64,000 nt of DNA from Chlamydiota bacterium. Lineage in GTDB: Bacteria > Chlamydiota > Chlamydiia > Chlamydiales > Rhabdochlamydiaceae. Each line of letters begins with the position of its first letter. The stretch's first letter is position 1. The notes under the pieces were generated by a model. It did not search any database, had not been told where the DNA came from, and saw nothing but the letters and a program-made list of their open reading frames with translations. A program made the position numbers and the translations under genes. Below, piece by piece: positions 1 through 9,234 of this stretch. Location: assembly GCA_022614855.1 (NCBI GenBank), contig JAKEHU010000006.1, positions 20,537 through 84,536 on the forward strand, given 5' to 3'.

Positions 1-1
1 T

Positions 2-802
2 TTTAAAAATCCAGCTTCTCTTGCAACCACTGCTTCACTATTCGGTTTCGGAGAACTAACAGAAATTGATCTTCCTTATGAATATAAAGGAAATATCCCC
101 AATGATCTCTCGCAAAATAAAACAGGACTCTATTCTTTTGCCATTGGACACCACACTCTTGTCGTAACTCCCCTTCAGACAGCTGTCATGGTTTCTGCAA
201 TCGCAAATGGAGGGAAAATCATTAAGCCACAAATCATTAAATTGATCGCAGGAAAGGAGTCAAAGTTAGAAGAGGATATCTCCTTTGAGAAAGAAAATTC
301 TGCTTTTAAAGAAGAATTTTCTCTGATTGGACTTACCTTTCCTCTCTTTACTGAAGCGATAAAAAATCAGCACAACACTGCTATTTTTTCTCCTAAAATA
401 AAGATCAAAAGAACTCTGCCTTTCCCGGATCCTCTTCGCCAGATCCTATTGACTGGAATGCGACGGGTAGTAAATGGAGAAAAAGGATCAGCACGTCCTG
501 CTGTCTTTTATCCTCCACATCACAATGAACGTGGCCTAAAAGATTATATTCATTTGTCTCCCTACCTCGCTGCAAAAACAGGGACTGCACAAATATTGTA
601 TAAGCAGACAATTGATAGAGAGTCTAAAGCTGAAATGGAAGCGCACACCTCATTTGTTTGCATCTCCTTTTTGGATAGTACATTTGAAAATCCAGATCTG
701 GTAGTAGTCGTCTATTTGCGCTTTGGCAACTCTGGAAAAGTTGGCGCTCCCATCGCAGCCCGCCTCATTCAAAAATGGAGAGAGATTTGCTCTCGTAATT
801 AA
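2..802 (+). CDS. Class B penicillin-binding protein (PBP2/FtsI-type transpeptidase), C-terminal part; 5' end lies outside the window
   Basis: The frame is open from base 2 (FKNPASLATTASLFGFGELTEIDLPY...TPLQTAVMVSAIANGG). It carries the KTGT motif (AAKTGTAQ) typical of the PBP transpeptidase domain. Confidence 0.8.
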   Translation, partial: FKNPASLATTASLFGFGELTEIDLPYEYKGNIPNDLSQNKTGLYSFAIGHHTLVVTPLQTAVMVSAIANGGKIIKPQIIKLIAGKESKLEEDISFEKENSAFKEEFSLIGLTFPLFTEAIKNQHNTAIFSPKIKIKRTLPFPDPLRQILLTGMRRVVNGEKGSARPAVFYPPHHNERGLKDYIHLSPYLAAKTGTAQILYKQTIDRESKAEMEAHTSFVCISFLDSTFENPDLVVVVYLRFGNSGKVGAPIAARLIQKWREICSRN

Positions 803-811
803 CTCTCTTGT

Positions 812-1363
812 TCATGATAGCGTACCATATTTGAAAAAATGGATAAGCTGGTCCTTATCAATCTTTCTATCAGCAATGTCTATCACAATTTGTTCCAGAT
901 TTTCTATTTTAAACTTGATAGAAACTCGATTAATTTTCAAAAAAACCAATGCAATAACATATGCTGTTCTCTTGTTTCCATCATTAAACGGATGATTTCG
1001 TGTGAGATGATACAAATATACTGCGGCTTTCTCATAGACTGAGCAATAGATTTCTTTTCCACAAAATGATACTTTTGGAGCTTCTAAGAATGTGTTTACA
1101 AAGTATCATTCTAGAAATTTGAAGGAGATTTTGATGAGATTTTATCCCATTGAGCGAAGACAATATCGGGACGATGATATGGCTGAGCGAAATGGGATAA
1201 AATATCGCAAAAATCTCCTCAAAGGTCAAAATGAGACTTTGTAAACACATTCTAATGCTGAATGAAGAAGATTATAGTCTCGTATTCCAGAAAGACCACC
1301 GAATTTTTTCAACAAATCATCGTGAATTGAAATGACTTGGCTGGCCGTAAAATACTTGATCAC
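812..1363 (-). pseudogene. doc: doc (death-on-curing, Fic-fold) toxin gene interrupted by a 165-bp MITE
   Basis: A GTG at 1363 overlaps the antitoxin stop (GTGA). The N-terminal part reads MIKYFTASQVISIHDDLLKKFGGLSGIRDYNLLHSALE. The C-terminal part (812-1084) reads APKVSFCGKEIY..HLTRNHPFNDGNKRTAY, which is the Fic/Doc motif. Removing 1088-1252 plus one TAA restores a 127-codon ORF. Confidence 0.85.
1088..1252. mobile_element. MITE-like palindromic insertion (family D) inside doc
   Basis: It has perfect 17-bp terminal inverted repeats (GAATGTGTTTACAAAGT / ACTTTGTAAACACATTC). A 3-bp direct repeat TAA flanks it at 1085-1087 and 1253-1255. The interior is also palindromic and there is no plausible ORF. 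Confidence 0.85.
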
Positions 1364-1596
1364 TTATCAGCAAGCCTTTTTAGAGCATCTTTATTATTCT
1401 CAATAATTGAATCCATAACAGATTTAAGTTCACTATCTGATATATTGATTTCTTTGAGCGCGGTCGATACTCGAGAACGAATATATTCTTGCAATGTAAC
1501 TCCTTCGAGGGCAGCAATCGCTTTTAATTTTCTATGCTGGACAGTGGGAAAATCAACTGTAACCCTAGTTACTTTTTTACGTCTTTTAGTTCTCAT
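1360..1596 (-). CDS. Ribbon-helix-helix antitoxin (Phd/ParD-like) of the doc module
   Basis: It encodes 78 aa with VTVDFPTVQHRKLKAIAALEGVTLQEYI, an RHH-like N-terminus. Its stop overlaps the doc GTG start, and a GGAGG sits 5-9 nt upstream of the ATG. Confidence 0.7.
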   Translation of the reverse strand: MRTKRRKKVTRVTVDFPTVQHRKLKAIAALEGVTLQEYIRSRVSTALKEINISDSELKSVMDSIIENNKDALKRLADK

Positions 1597-1615
1597 CTCA
1601 TAGCCTCCATAAAAA

Positions 1616-1631
1616 ATATCAGTATATCAGT
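1616..1631. promoter_or_regulatory. Tandem 8-mer (ATATCAGT x2), candidate antitoxin operator
   Basis: An exact direct repeat lies about 20-35 nt upstream of the antitoxin start codon. Confidence 0.3.
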
Positions 1632-1693
1632 AAATACGGAACTTGCGAAGCTTTTTTACTCAACACTCATTTGGCTAAAAATTGTTTTTTATT

Positions 1694-1858
1694 AACCTGA
1701 GTTTTGAATTTCTTTCCTCAGAATCTACAGAGATTTCCGATGGGATTACCGATTTTTGTTCGAAGGGAATAGCCGAAGGTGCTATTTCCGAGAACAAAAA
1801 TCGGAAAGATCGCGGAAAGATCGTTGATTCTGAGCGAATTAAACCCAAAACTCAGGTT
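1694..1858. mobile_element. MITE-like palindromic element, family CTGAG, copy 1 (165 bp)
   Basis: Its termini are AACCTGAGTTTTG...CAAAACTCAGGTT. It is about 80% identical to the reverse complement of 32119-32283. Confidence 0.85.
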
Positions 1859-1868
1859 ATTATCACTT

Positions 1869-2861
1869 TCAAATTAAAGCGCGAAAAAAGGAGATAGTAT
1901 TTTGGAGTCCTTCTTCTAAGTGGATTTTTGGACTCCAATTTAAAAGATTTTTTGCAAGAGAGATGTCCGGCCTTCTTTTTTTCGGATCATCCTTAGGTAA
2001 GTTCAAATAGGTAAGAGACGATTTTGAACCGGTTAAATCCAATATGATTTTTGCCAGATTTTCAACAGAAATTTCAGCTGTACTGCCAAGATTTAAAGGT
2101 CCAACTATATCGGATGGCCTTTCCATAAAAAGAAGAATTGCATCAATTAAATCATCTACATAGCAAAAACTTCTTGTCTGGTTCCCATCTCCGTATAATG
2201 TCAATGGCTTATTCTGCAAAGCCTGTATGATAAAATTGGAGACCACTCTTCCATCATCTACCTGCATCCTAGGACCATATGTGTTAAAAATTCTTCCAAT
2301 TTTTATATTCATTTTGTTTTTGCTCCAATACTCATAACAAAATGTCTCGCTACACCTCTTTCCCTCATCATAGCAAGAACGAGGGCCGATGGGATTGACA
2401 TAGCCCCAATATTCTTCATGTTGAGGATGAATTTCCGGATCTCCATATATTTCTGAAGTGGAGGCTTGAAAAAATTTTGCTTTGGTTTTTCTTGCCAGCT
2501 CCAATAGGTTCATCGTCCCGATTACATTCGTCCTCAAGGTTTGAATCGGATCGAGCTGATACGCTTTTGGTGAAGCAGGGCAAGCAAAATTATAAATTTC
2601 ATCTGCTTGAATTTCTAATTCATCGCAAATATCACTTTGAATGAATTGAAAGGAAGAATTTGATAAAAAGGGAAGAAGATTTTTTTTCACTCCAGTCGTT
2701 AAATTGTCGATGCAGATAACAGAATTTCCTCTAAGTAATAATTTTTCGACAAGATGAGAGCCTAAAAATCCTGCTCCTCCAGCAACAACGATTTTTTTAG
2801 AACCTGCTTTAAAATCAGCTCTTTTAGAGATTCGAGAAAATTTCTTAAAGATCGAAGGCAT
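1869..2861 (-). CDS. UDP-glucuronate decarboxylase (UDP-xylose synthase family, SDR)
   Basis: It has a GGAGFLGSHL Rossmann motif, and the YDEGKRCSET and YGPRM segments are typical of UXS-type decarboxylases. Confidence 0.8.
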   Translation of the reverse strand: MPSIFKKFSRISKRADFKAGSKKIVVAGGAGFLGSHLVEKLLLRGNSVICIDNLTTGVKKNLLPFLSNSSFQFIQSDICDELEIQADEIYNFACPASPKAYQLDPIQTLRTNVIGTMNLLELARKTKAKFFQASTSEIYGDPEIHPQHEEYWGYVNPIGPRSCYDEGKRCSETFCYEYWSKNKMNIKIGRIFNTYGPRMQVDDGRVVSNFIIQALQNKPLTLYGDGNQTRSFCYVDDLIDAILLFMERPSDIVGPLNLGSTAEISVENLAKIILDLTGSKSSLTYLNLPKDDPKKRRPDISLAKNLLNWSPKIHLEEGLQNTISFFRALI

Positions 2862-2878
2862 GGTTTTAAAGCAGGTTC

Positions 2879-5332
2879 TTAGGTTTGATTGATGACATAT
2901 CCAACTGATTGCATCCCTTTTCTTTCAGGATATCCTTCTTTTAAGATTGAGACTGTTTCTTCCCTAATCACTACGATGGCAGCATCAGCGTAATCTAAAA
3001 GAATTTCACTCTCTACCTCTGAAAGAGAAGCTTTTGTATAAATGAGAATTAGATCATATGTCTGTTTTAATTTTTCTAGAAGAGAAGCAAATTTTTGAGA
3101 AAAGAGCTTTTCCATAGTAATTCGGTCTTCTCCTCCCAGAGCGAGCAAATCATACCCCTCTTCTTGGGCAACCGAAATTTTTTCAAAATTTTCTTGTAAT
3201 CCACTTGTAGATCCATTCGCAAGAGTTATATGAATTAAAAGAGTCTTTTTTTCCTGATTTGAAAAAAGCATAGCTAAGGATTTAGAAAAATCCACCCCTT
3301 TTCCCCCTATGATAAGGGCAATTTTTGTCGGACTCGTTTGAATAAAGTGAGAAACTTTTCTGAGCACCTCTAAATCCTGTGGAGAAGCATGGTCAAGAGA
3401 ATCAGCTTTTATGGATAAGTAGCCAAAAAATCTTTTTCCCATGTCTTTGAATGTATGAGCAGAAAGAGGAAACCCTTTTTTCAATTGGATAAATAACAAA
3501 ATGAGAAAGGAGGCAAAGACCCCAAGAAAAAAAGCGGCAAAAGAAAACCGAAAAGGCGAGGAAACAGGAAAGGGAGAGGCAATGGCTAGATCGATCGGCT
3601 TGGATGCATTTTGATGCAATAAATGATTTAATAAATTATTTTCCGCGATTCTGGAAACCGATGCAATTTGCGCTGTATATAGATCTTTTTTAAATTTCAA
3701 ATTATTTTCTAATTTCCATTCTTCTGGAAAATCCTCCATCTTTTGTTTTAGTTCTACCAATTTACTTTGAATGATCTGTTTTTCACTTTGGATTAGCGAA
3801 ATACCAGCTTTCTTTAACCAGTCAATATGTTTTTCGTATAGTTTTTCTTGTATTTCATTCAATGCAATGGTCTGTTTGATGTAATCAGCTAGATATTTCT
3901 TTTGCCTAAAAAGTGTCTCTTTTACTCTCTCTTGCTCTTTTTCTGTGTGATTTTGGCTGTCATGAAGATCGAAGGAAAGAGCAGCAGCTTTTCGAACAAT
4001 TTCCTGTGCAATCGGATCTAAAATCCAAGAAGAAATCATGCCGATCTCAAAATTCGAGTTAAATATTTCCTTTAAAAAAATATTCAACTGATCCGCCTGC
4101 ATTTTAATTGCATCTTTTTTTTCTGAATAATCAACGCAAAGTTTCCTAATGGAATTGATATCAAAACCAAAACTATTCTCCAGAGAAAAAGGCGAAGTGT
4201 TTCCAATTTGGATTTCTTCTAAAGAAGCTAAAGTTTTTTCTGCTCTATCCTGTGCAGCAAATTTAGGAAGGTGATGGATAGAGCTTTTCTCTTTATTCAT
4301 ATCCATAAGAGATTGAAAATATTTAAGCTGCATATCTAGATCAAATAACTTGCAACTGTATTCTTCTCTTGGTTTAACCAAAATTTCTAATGCATCAGAA
4401 AGACTTAAAGATCCTTTTTCAAAAAGATGTTTTTTTAAATATTTTACCTGTTCATCGAGAACACCACTAAAGTCACGATTTAATTTTTCAAAGCGATCCT
4501 GAATGTATTCCCTCTCTACAATTGCAATTTTATCATGCTCTTTTTTGAGATAGCTTTGACAGGTTTTCATGAGCTCATTGAGCAGCTCTGCAGCAAGAAA
4601 GGGATTTTCCATCATTATCGTCAAGTTCAAGCAACTGTTATCTAGCTTATGTGGTTTAATCGCCAATCTCTTTAAAAGATATCTTACACATGGCATCCAT
4701 GTTTGAATGTGTAGTTCGTAATCATAGTTAAACTGAATGTCTTTGGGAATCTTTTCTAAAACAAAACTGAGATAAGAAAGCTCAACTCTATCTCCAACTC
4801 TTTTTGAAGCTATGAGATTTTTTTTCTCATCTAAAAGGGAAAAATTTTCTCCATCTTTAAATCGAAGGAATAAGATGAGAGGTAAATCTTCTTCATATCG
4901 AACGGATCGAAATTCAAATTTTTTTTGATCCGATTTTTTTGGAGAAGATAGTGTGCAAGATAAGTTTGTGAGGATATTGGAGAAAATAGCAAAGCTATAC
5001 GGATAGTTTCGTATATCAATCTGTAGTCCTAAATTTTGCACTAATTCTTTTAATAGGCTTTTGGACTGCATCAAAACTATTACACGATCCATGCTATTTT
5101 TCGTAAGAAAAGTATCTCCAAGAATATTTTTTAAACTGGTATTCCGTTCATTACTCATCCGACTAAAAATTGCTTCTGCGGTGTATTGAGGGGTTTTAGA
5201 TAGGAAAAAACCAAACGCAAAGAGAAAAAAAACCAAGGCTACTTTGCAACAGGTAAGAAAATTTTTTCGAAAAAACCAGAGTAAATCTGCATAATAAATC
5301 TCATCAGGCTCTATCGAATTAGTCACCGACAT
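2879..5332 (-). CDS. Wzc/GumC-like polysaccharide co-polymerase (PCP-2a architecture) with a degenerate C-terminal P-loop domain
   Basis: An N-terminal TM segment is followed by a Wzz-type segment (SKTPQYTAEAIF), a long coiled-coil periplasmic region and a second TM. The C-terminal domain has GGKGVDFS where a Walker A GK[ST] is expected, and there is no terminal Tyr cluster. Confidence 0.7.
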   Translation of the reverse strand: MSVTNSIEPDEIYYADLLWFFRKNFLTCCKVALVFFLFAFGFFLSKTPQYTAEAIFSRMSNERNTSLKNILGDTFLTKNSMDRVIVLMQSKSLLKELVQNLGLQIDIRNYPYSFAIFSNILTNLSCTLSSPKKSDQKKFEFRSVRYEEDLPLILFLRFKDGENFSLLDEKKNLIASKRVGDRVELSYLSFVLEKIPKDIQFNYDYELHIQTWMPCVRYLLKRLAIKPHKLDNSCLNLTIMMENPFLAAELLNELMKTCQSYLKKEHDKIAIVEREYIQDRFEKLNRDFSGVLDEQVKYLKKHLFEKGSLSLSDALEILVKPREEYSCKLFDLDMQLKYFQSLMDMNKEKSSIHHLPKFAAQDRAEKTLASLEEIQIGNTSPFSLENSFGFDINSIRKLCVDYSEKKDAIKMQADQLNIFLKEIFNSNFEIGMISSWILDPIAQEIVRKAAALSFDLHDSQNHTEKEQERVKETLFRQKKYLADYIKQTIALNEIQEKLYEKHIDWLKKAGISLIQSEKQIIQSKLVELKQKMEDFPEEWKLENNLKFKKDLYTAQIASVSRIAENNLLNHLLHQNASKPIDLAIASPFPVSSPFRFSFAAFFLGVFASFLILLFIQLKKGFPLSAHTFKDMGKRFFGYLSIKADSLDHASPQDLEVLRKVSHFIQTSPTKIALIIGGKGVDFSKSLAMLFSNQEKKTLLIHITLANGSTSGLQENFEKISVAQEEGYDLLALGGEDRITMEKLFSQKFASLLEKLKQTYDLILIYTKASLSEVESEILLDYADAAIVVIREETVSILKEGYPERKGMQSVGYVINQT

Positions 5333-6377
5333 TTACTCCGATACTCTTAATTCCTTTTGTAATTAGGTCAAATCCGATCAAAGTTGGCAAAACTTGATTT
5401 ACAAAGCGATTCCACTCTGCAATGGGAGTTGCTGCAATATAGACAATATCCCCGGGAATTAGTAACAGGCTATCGCTTGGTAAATGGATGAGATGTTGCC
5501 AATTTAACGTGTAAATCTTAGGACAAATTAGATTACCCCGAAAAATTTGAATATACCTTCGATCACCAGTATAAGGAATACCTCCAGCTTCGCCGATTGC
5601 TTGTCTGAGCGTCATAAATCCATTTGGAATGTCGATTACTCGATTTTGTCCTACCTCTCCCAGTACCATCAATTTTGATGCCGAAGGATCAGCAATATAA
5701 ATCTTATCCCCTCCTTGCATAACAATATTTTGACTCATATCTCCTTCTTTTACAAGCTTATATAAGTCAACTGGCAAAATTTTTCCATTTCTCACAACAT
5801 AACTCTTAAAAAAATTTGCATGGGGAGCAGCAGCTGCTTTTGCAAGAACTTCAAACAGACGAAGTTTTCCATTTACCGGATAGCTGGAGATGGAAACAAG
5901 CCCTGCTAACTCTACCTTTCTCTCCACCCGGTTTTTATAACCAACAAAAACCGTAATATCAGAAAAATAGGTAGAATAGGCCTTTTGAATTGCCAGGCGC
6001 ACTTCATCCAACGTCAATCCTTTCACGCAAATCGGCTCCAAATCTGGCAGCAAGATAGTGCCTTGGGAAACCTGAAACCCTAATGTACAATTGATTGTTT
6101 GCAATGTTTGCGCAAGATCAGCTCTAGAAGGATGATAAATAGAAATCTGTAGCACGTCTCCTTCATAAACGAGATCTTTGTACTCTTCTAAATGTTCAGT
6201 TGCTAATGGTTCAAACTCCTTCCCTTCCATTTCTAAAATCGCAAATTTTCCTTCCTTGATTTTGTAGGAGTCAACCACAAACTCATCTGCACCTAAAACA
6301 TCGCATCCACGATAAGGTGCATTTGTGCAGGAACAAAGATAGACAAAAAAGAAAGAAAAAAAATATCCTCTGGGCAT
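5319..6377 (-). CDS. Wza-like outer-membrane polysaccharide export lipoprotein
   Basis: It has a lipobox-like signal (FFFVYLCSC). GDVLQISIY marks the Poly_export domain, and repeated SLBB-like GDKIYI / GDIVYI motifs follow. Confidence 0.8.
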   Translation of the reverse strand: MPRGYFFSFFFVYLCSCTNAPYRGCDVLGADEFVVDSYKIKEGKFAILEMEGKEFEPLATEHLEEYKDLVYEGDVLQISIYHPSRADLAQTLQTINCTLGFQVSQGTILLPDLEPICVKGLTLDEVRLAIQKAYSTYFSDITVFVGYKNRVERKVELAGLVSISSYPVNGKLRLFEVLAKAAAAPHANFFKSYVVRNGKILPVDLYKLVKEGDMSQNIVMQGGDKIYIADPSASKLMVLGEVGQNRVIDIPNGFMTLRQAIGEAGGIPYTGDRRYIQIFRGNLICPKIYTLNWQHLIHLPSDSLLLIPGDIVYIAATPIAEWNRFVNQVLPTLIGFDLITKGIKSIGVNVGD

Positions 6378-6426
6378 AATTCAGTAGTTTATACAATAGT
6401 CTGAAGAAAGAGAGGTTTTTTAACCA

Positions 6427-7383
6427 TTGCCTTTTTCCAAAAGAGTTTTCATCACAGGCATCGCTGGTTTTATCGGTTTTCATCTTGCAGAGTTTTTAGC
6501 TAAGCAAGGCCACTCAGTCTCTGGATGCGATAATTTTAATGATTACTACGATCCAAATTTAAAGCGCTATCGAGCTGATCTTTTACAAAAAAAGAAAATA
6601 AAAATTGCAGAGCTAGATCTATTAGAGGAACAAAAACTAGAGCAGCTCATTTCTCAAGAGAACATTTCTCATCTTGTTCATCTTGCAGCTCAGGCAGGCG
6701 TGCGCTACAGCAATGTAAATCCAAAAAAATATTTAGAATCGAATATTTGTGGTTTTTTTAACATTCTTGAAATTTTGAAAAAATACCCCCAAATCAAATG
6801 TGTTTTTGCCTCTTCCTCTTCAGTATATGGATTAAATGATCGCATTCCTTTTGTAGAATCAGATTCACATGATCGACCTGCAAATTTCTATGCAGCGACA
6901 AAAATTGCAAATGAAGCCATGGCTCACTCCTATCACCATCTCTATGGAATTTCTCTAATTGGCCTTCGCTATTTTACTGTCTATGGTCCGTGGGGAAGGC
7001 CAGATATGGCCTATTTTTCCTTTACGAAAAACATCATCGAAGGAAAACCGATCACTTTGCACAATTTTGGAAAGATGAAACGGGATTTCACCTACATCGA
7101 TGATATCATTCAAGGAACTGCAGCCGCTTTAAATGTGGACGAGAAATTTGAAATTTTCAATCTTGGCAACCATCAACCGATTGAATTAGAAAAATTGATT
7201 TCCATCATTGAACATCTCACAGGAAAAAAGGCAATGAAACAATTTGTTTCCATGGAACCAGGAGAAGCAATTACAACCTTTGCAGCCATTAAAAAAAGCA
7301 AAAAAAAATTAAAGTTTATGCCAACAACTACTTTAGAAGAGGGAATGGCTCATTTTGTTGACTGGTACAAAAAATTTTACTAA
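6427..7383 (+). CDS. NAD-dependent UDP-glucuronate 4-epimerase-like SDR
   Basis: The motifs are ITGIAGFIGFHLA, DNFNDYYD, YAATKIANE (YxxxK) and RYFTVYGPWGRPDMA. The apparent start is TTG. Confidence 0.75.
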   Translation: MPFSKRVFITGIAGFIGFHLAEFLAKQGHSVSGCDNFNDYYDPNLKRYRADLLQKKKIKIAELDLLEEQKLEQLISQENISHLVHLAAQAGVRYSNVNPKKYLESNICGFFNILEILKKYPQIKCVFASSSSVYGLNDRIPFVESDSHDRPANFYAATKIANEAMAHSYHHLYGISLIGLRYFTVYGPWGRPDMAYFSFTKNIIEGKPITLHNFGKMKRDFTYIDDIIQGTAAALNVDEKFEIFNLGNHQPIELEKLISIIEHLTGKKAMKQFVSMEPGEAITTFAAIKKSKKKLKFMPTTTLEEGMAHFVDWYKKFY

Positions 7384-7628
7384 AAACCTGAACTTAATCG
7401 CAATTTGCCTTCTTTTTCTTTTTTTGGTATGATTCATTGAAAAATCTTGGGGGTAAGAGGGTGTTTAAAAAATTATCCCATAGAGAGTTTTGAGAGATTT
7501 CTGAGGAGAATTGGTGTTGCTCTATGAGGCCAATATGCGAAGCTGCATATGGCCGAAAAGAGCAGCAGCAATTATTTCGGAAAGCTCCAAAAATCTCAGG
7601 TGAGAATTTTTAAACTCCCTCTAAAATT

Positions 7629-8750
7629 ATGTCCTGGTTTTCTCCACTTGCAGAAAAAATCGGCGCTTTTATTACAAAGCTGGCGATTAAAATTGGAATG
7701 CCTCTCGTTTGTCTTTACCACACCATCTGCATAAATCCATTTCTAAATATTTGTGCGCAAGATGCACAAGGAATCGAAAAATGGGCAAATCAAGCTCTAA
7801 TCCCCATCCACTATCTTTTTGAAGGAAAACTTGCGGTTCCTTCTGAAAAGGAAACCTATCTGTTTTCCCAACGTTTCAATTACACTCACCATTTTTTTAT
7901 CAAAACCTCGCTATCGATAACAGCATTACCTGTAAGTCTTGTATCAGGAGGAATTCTTAAAGGAATCTCCTTCCTTTTCCCTGAAACACGCAAACGCCAC
8001 TCAGCAATAGTTCGTTCACTCAAAAAAACCGAAGTTCAGTCCAATTTGCCATTCTACAAAAAAATTGGAATGGACATTCAAGATTTTGACCAAGCTGAAT
8101 CAATTGAGAAGCCAAAACATAAGAGAGAAAAAATTCCTTCAAAAATTTTAAAAAAAGATATCGAAGCCTTTCATGAAATCGTAACTATTTTGAAAAAGCA
8201 TAAGATTCCTTTTTGGATTGATTGCGGAACTTGTCTTGGAGCTTATCGATATGGTGGAGTAATTCCTTGGGATTGGGATATCGATATTGCAGTTCTCGAG
8301 CCTGATTATGAAAATGTAAAAAATGCTTTAAATGAACTTGATTCGAATAAATATGCCGTGCAAGATTGGTCTTCTCGAGAATTGCCAAACACCTATTTAA
8401 AAGTTTTTGTAAAAAAAACTGGGACATTGATTGATTTCTACCATTTTAAAATTGACTCAGAAAAAAAAGAAGTTTCCACAATTTTTTCCAATGAATCGAA
8501 TATATTTATCACAAAAAACTGGAAAATCAGCGAAAAAAGATATACTGCACCTATGCCCTTTGATCGAGTTTTTCCATTTAAAAAAGCTCTATTTGAGGGT
8601 ATTGAAGTTCCAGTTCCAGGAAAAATTGTTGAATATTTACAGACTTTTTATGGGAAAAATCTAGAGCCGGCTTATATTTTTAATGAACTTACGCAATCTT
8701 ATGAAAAAGATCTGTCTCATCCTTACTGGAAGATCCCAGCTGCTCGCTAA
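7629..8750 (+). CDS. LicD-family (fukutin-like) phosphotransferase with a ~190-aa N-terminal extension
   Basis: FWIDCGTCLGAYRYGGVIPWDWDIDIAV matches the LicD GTLLGAxRxxGxIPWDDDIDI core. Confidence 0.7.
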   Translation: MSWFSPLAEKIGAFITKLAIKIGMPLVCLYHTICINPFLNICAQDAQGIEKWANQALIPIHYLFEGKLAVPSEKETYLFSQRFNYTHHFFIKTSLSITALPVSLVSGGILKGISFLFPETRKRHSAIVRSLKKTEVQSNLPFYKKIGMDIQDFDQAESIEKPKHKREKIPSKILKKDIEAFHEIVTILKKHKIPFWIDCGTCLGAYRYGGVIPWDWDIDIAVLEPDYENVKNALNELDSNKYAVQDWSSRELPNTYLKVFVKKTGTLIDFYHFKIDSEKKEVSTIFSNESNIFITKNWKISEKRYTAPMPFDRVFPFKKALFEGIEVPVPGKIVEYLQTFYGKNLEPAYIFNELTQSYEKDLSHPYWKIPAAR

Positions 8751-9234
8751 ATGGATCTTTTTTTGTCTGACCATTACTTGTGTGCCACTGAAAGCTGACA
8801 TTGGAGCTCCTGCTATGGTTTCACTAGGAGCAGGAATTTTTGATGTACTCAGAGAAAATCGCAGAACTTTTCAAATGCAAGTGGATTATATCTGGGAAAA
8901 TTCTTTTCATGATATCCACCCTTTTGTTTCCCTTTTCTTTACGCCAAAAGGAACATTTTATTTTTGCGCAGGGGCCTGGATCGATATTTTTCTCAACGAA
9001 AAAATTGTGATCAGCCCAAGTTTTGCTCCAGGCCTTTACTTCAAAGGAAAGGGCAAAGACCTCTATTTTCCTCTAGAATTTCGCTCTGCCATTGCTTTGA
9101 GCTATCGATTGAAAAATCAAGATCGAATTGGAATACAATTTTACCATATTTCCAATGCAAAATTGGGAAAGAAAAACCCAGGTGCAGAATCTTTAATCTT
9201 CTTCTATGGAATTTCCTTACCTGCAAAGCGGTAG
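8683..9234 (+). CDS. PagL-like lipid A deacylase / acyloxyacyl hydrolase outer-membrane protein
   Basis: A signal-like segment (WIFFCLTITCVPLKA) is followed by the C-terminal FYHISNAKLGKKNPGAES, which fits the H-x-S-N...NPG pattern. The start is uncertain; 8701 is an alternative. Confidence 0.6.
   Translation: MNLRNLMKKICLILTGRSQLLAKWIFFCLTITCVPLKADIGAPAMVSLGAGIFDVLRENRRTFQMQVDYIWENSFHDIHPFVSLFFTPKGTFYFCAGAWIDIFLNEKIVISPSFAPGLYFKGKGKDLYFPLEFRSAIALSYRLKNQDRIGIQFYHISNAKLGKKNPGAESLIFFYGISLPAKR

Noticed and set aside
1032-1250. A 72-aa minus-strand ORF lies between the doc fragments.
   Set aside because: It lies entirely within the MITE that interrupts doc and is out of frame with both doc halves.
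1682-1897. A 71-aa ORF here and a 101-aa ORF at 32089-32394 encode similar peptides.
   Set aside because: Both ORFs are read-throughs of two copies of the same 165-bp palindromic element. The similarity reflects nucleotide identity of the repeat, and there is no start or SD context. The open frame is noted only as an RPE-like property.
7385-7601. This may be a fourth CTGAG-family element upstream of licD; a 61-aa ORF also lies at 7549-7734.
   Set aside because: Only the right tip (CCAAAAATCTCAGGT) and 7 nt of the left tip match. The interior has its own hairpin (GGCCAATATGC/GCATATGGCC), but the boundaries are unclear. I therefore mention it as a possible degenerate remnant and do not annotate it as a feature. 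The ORF has no support.
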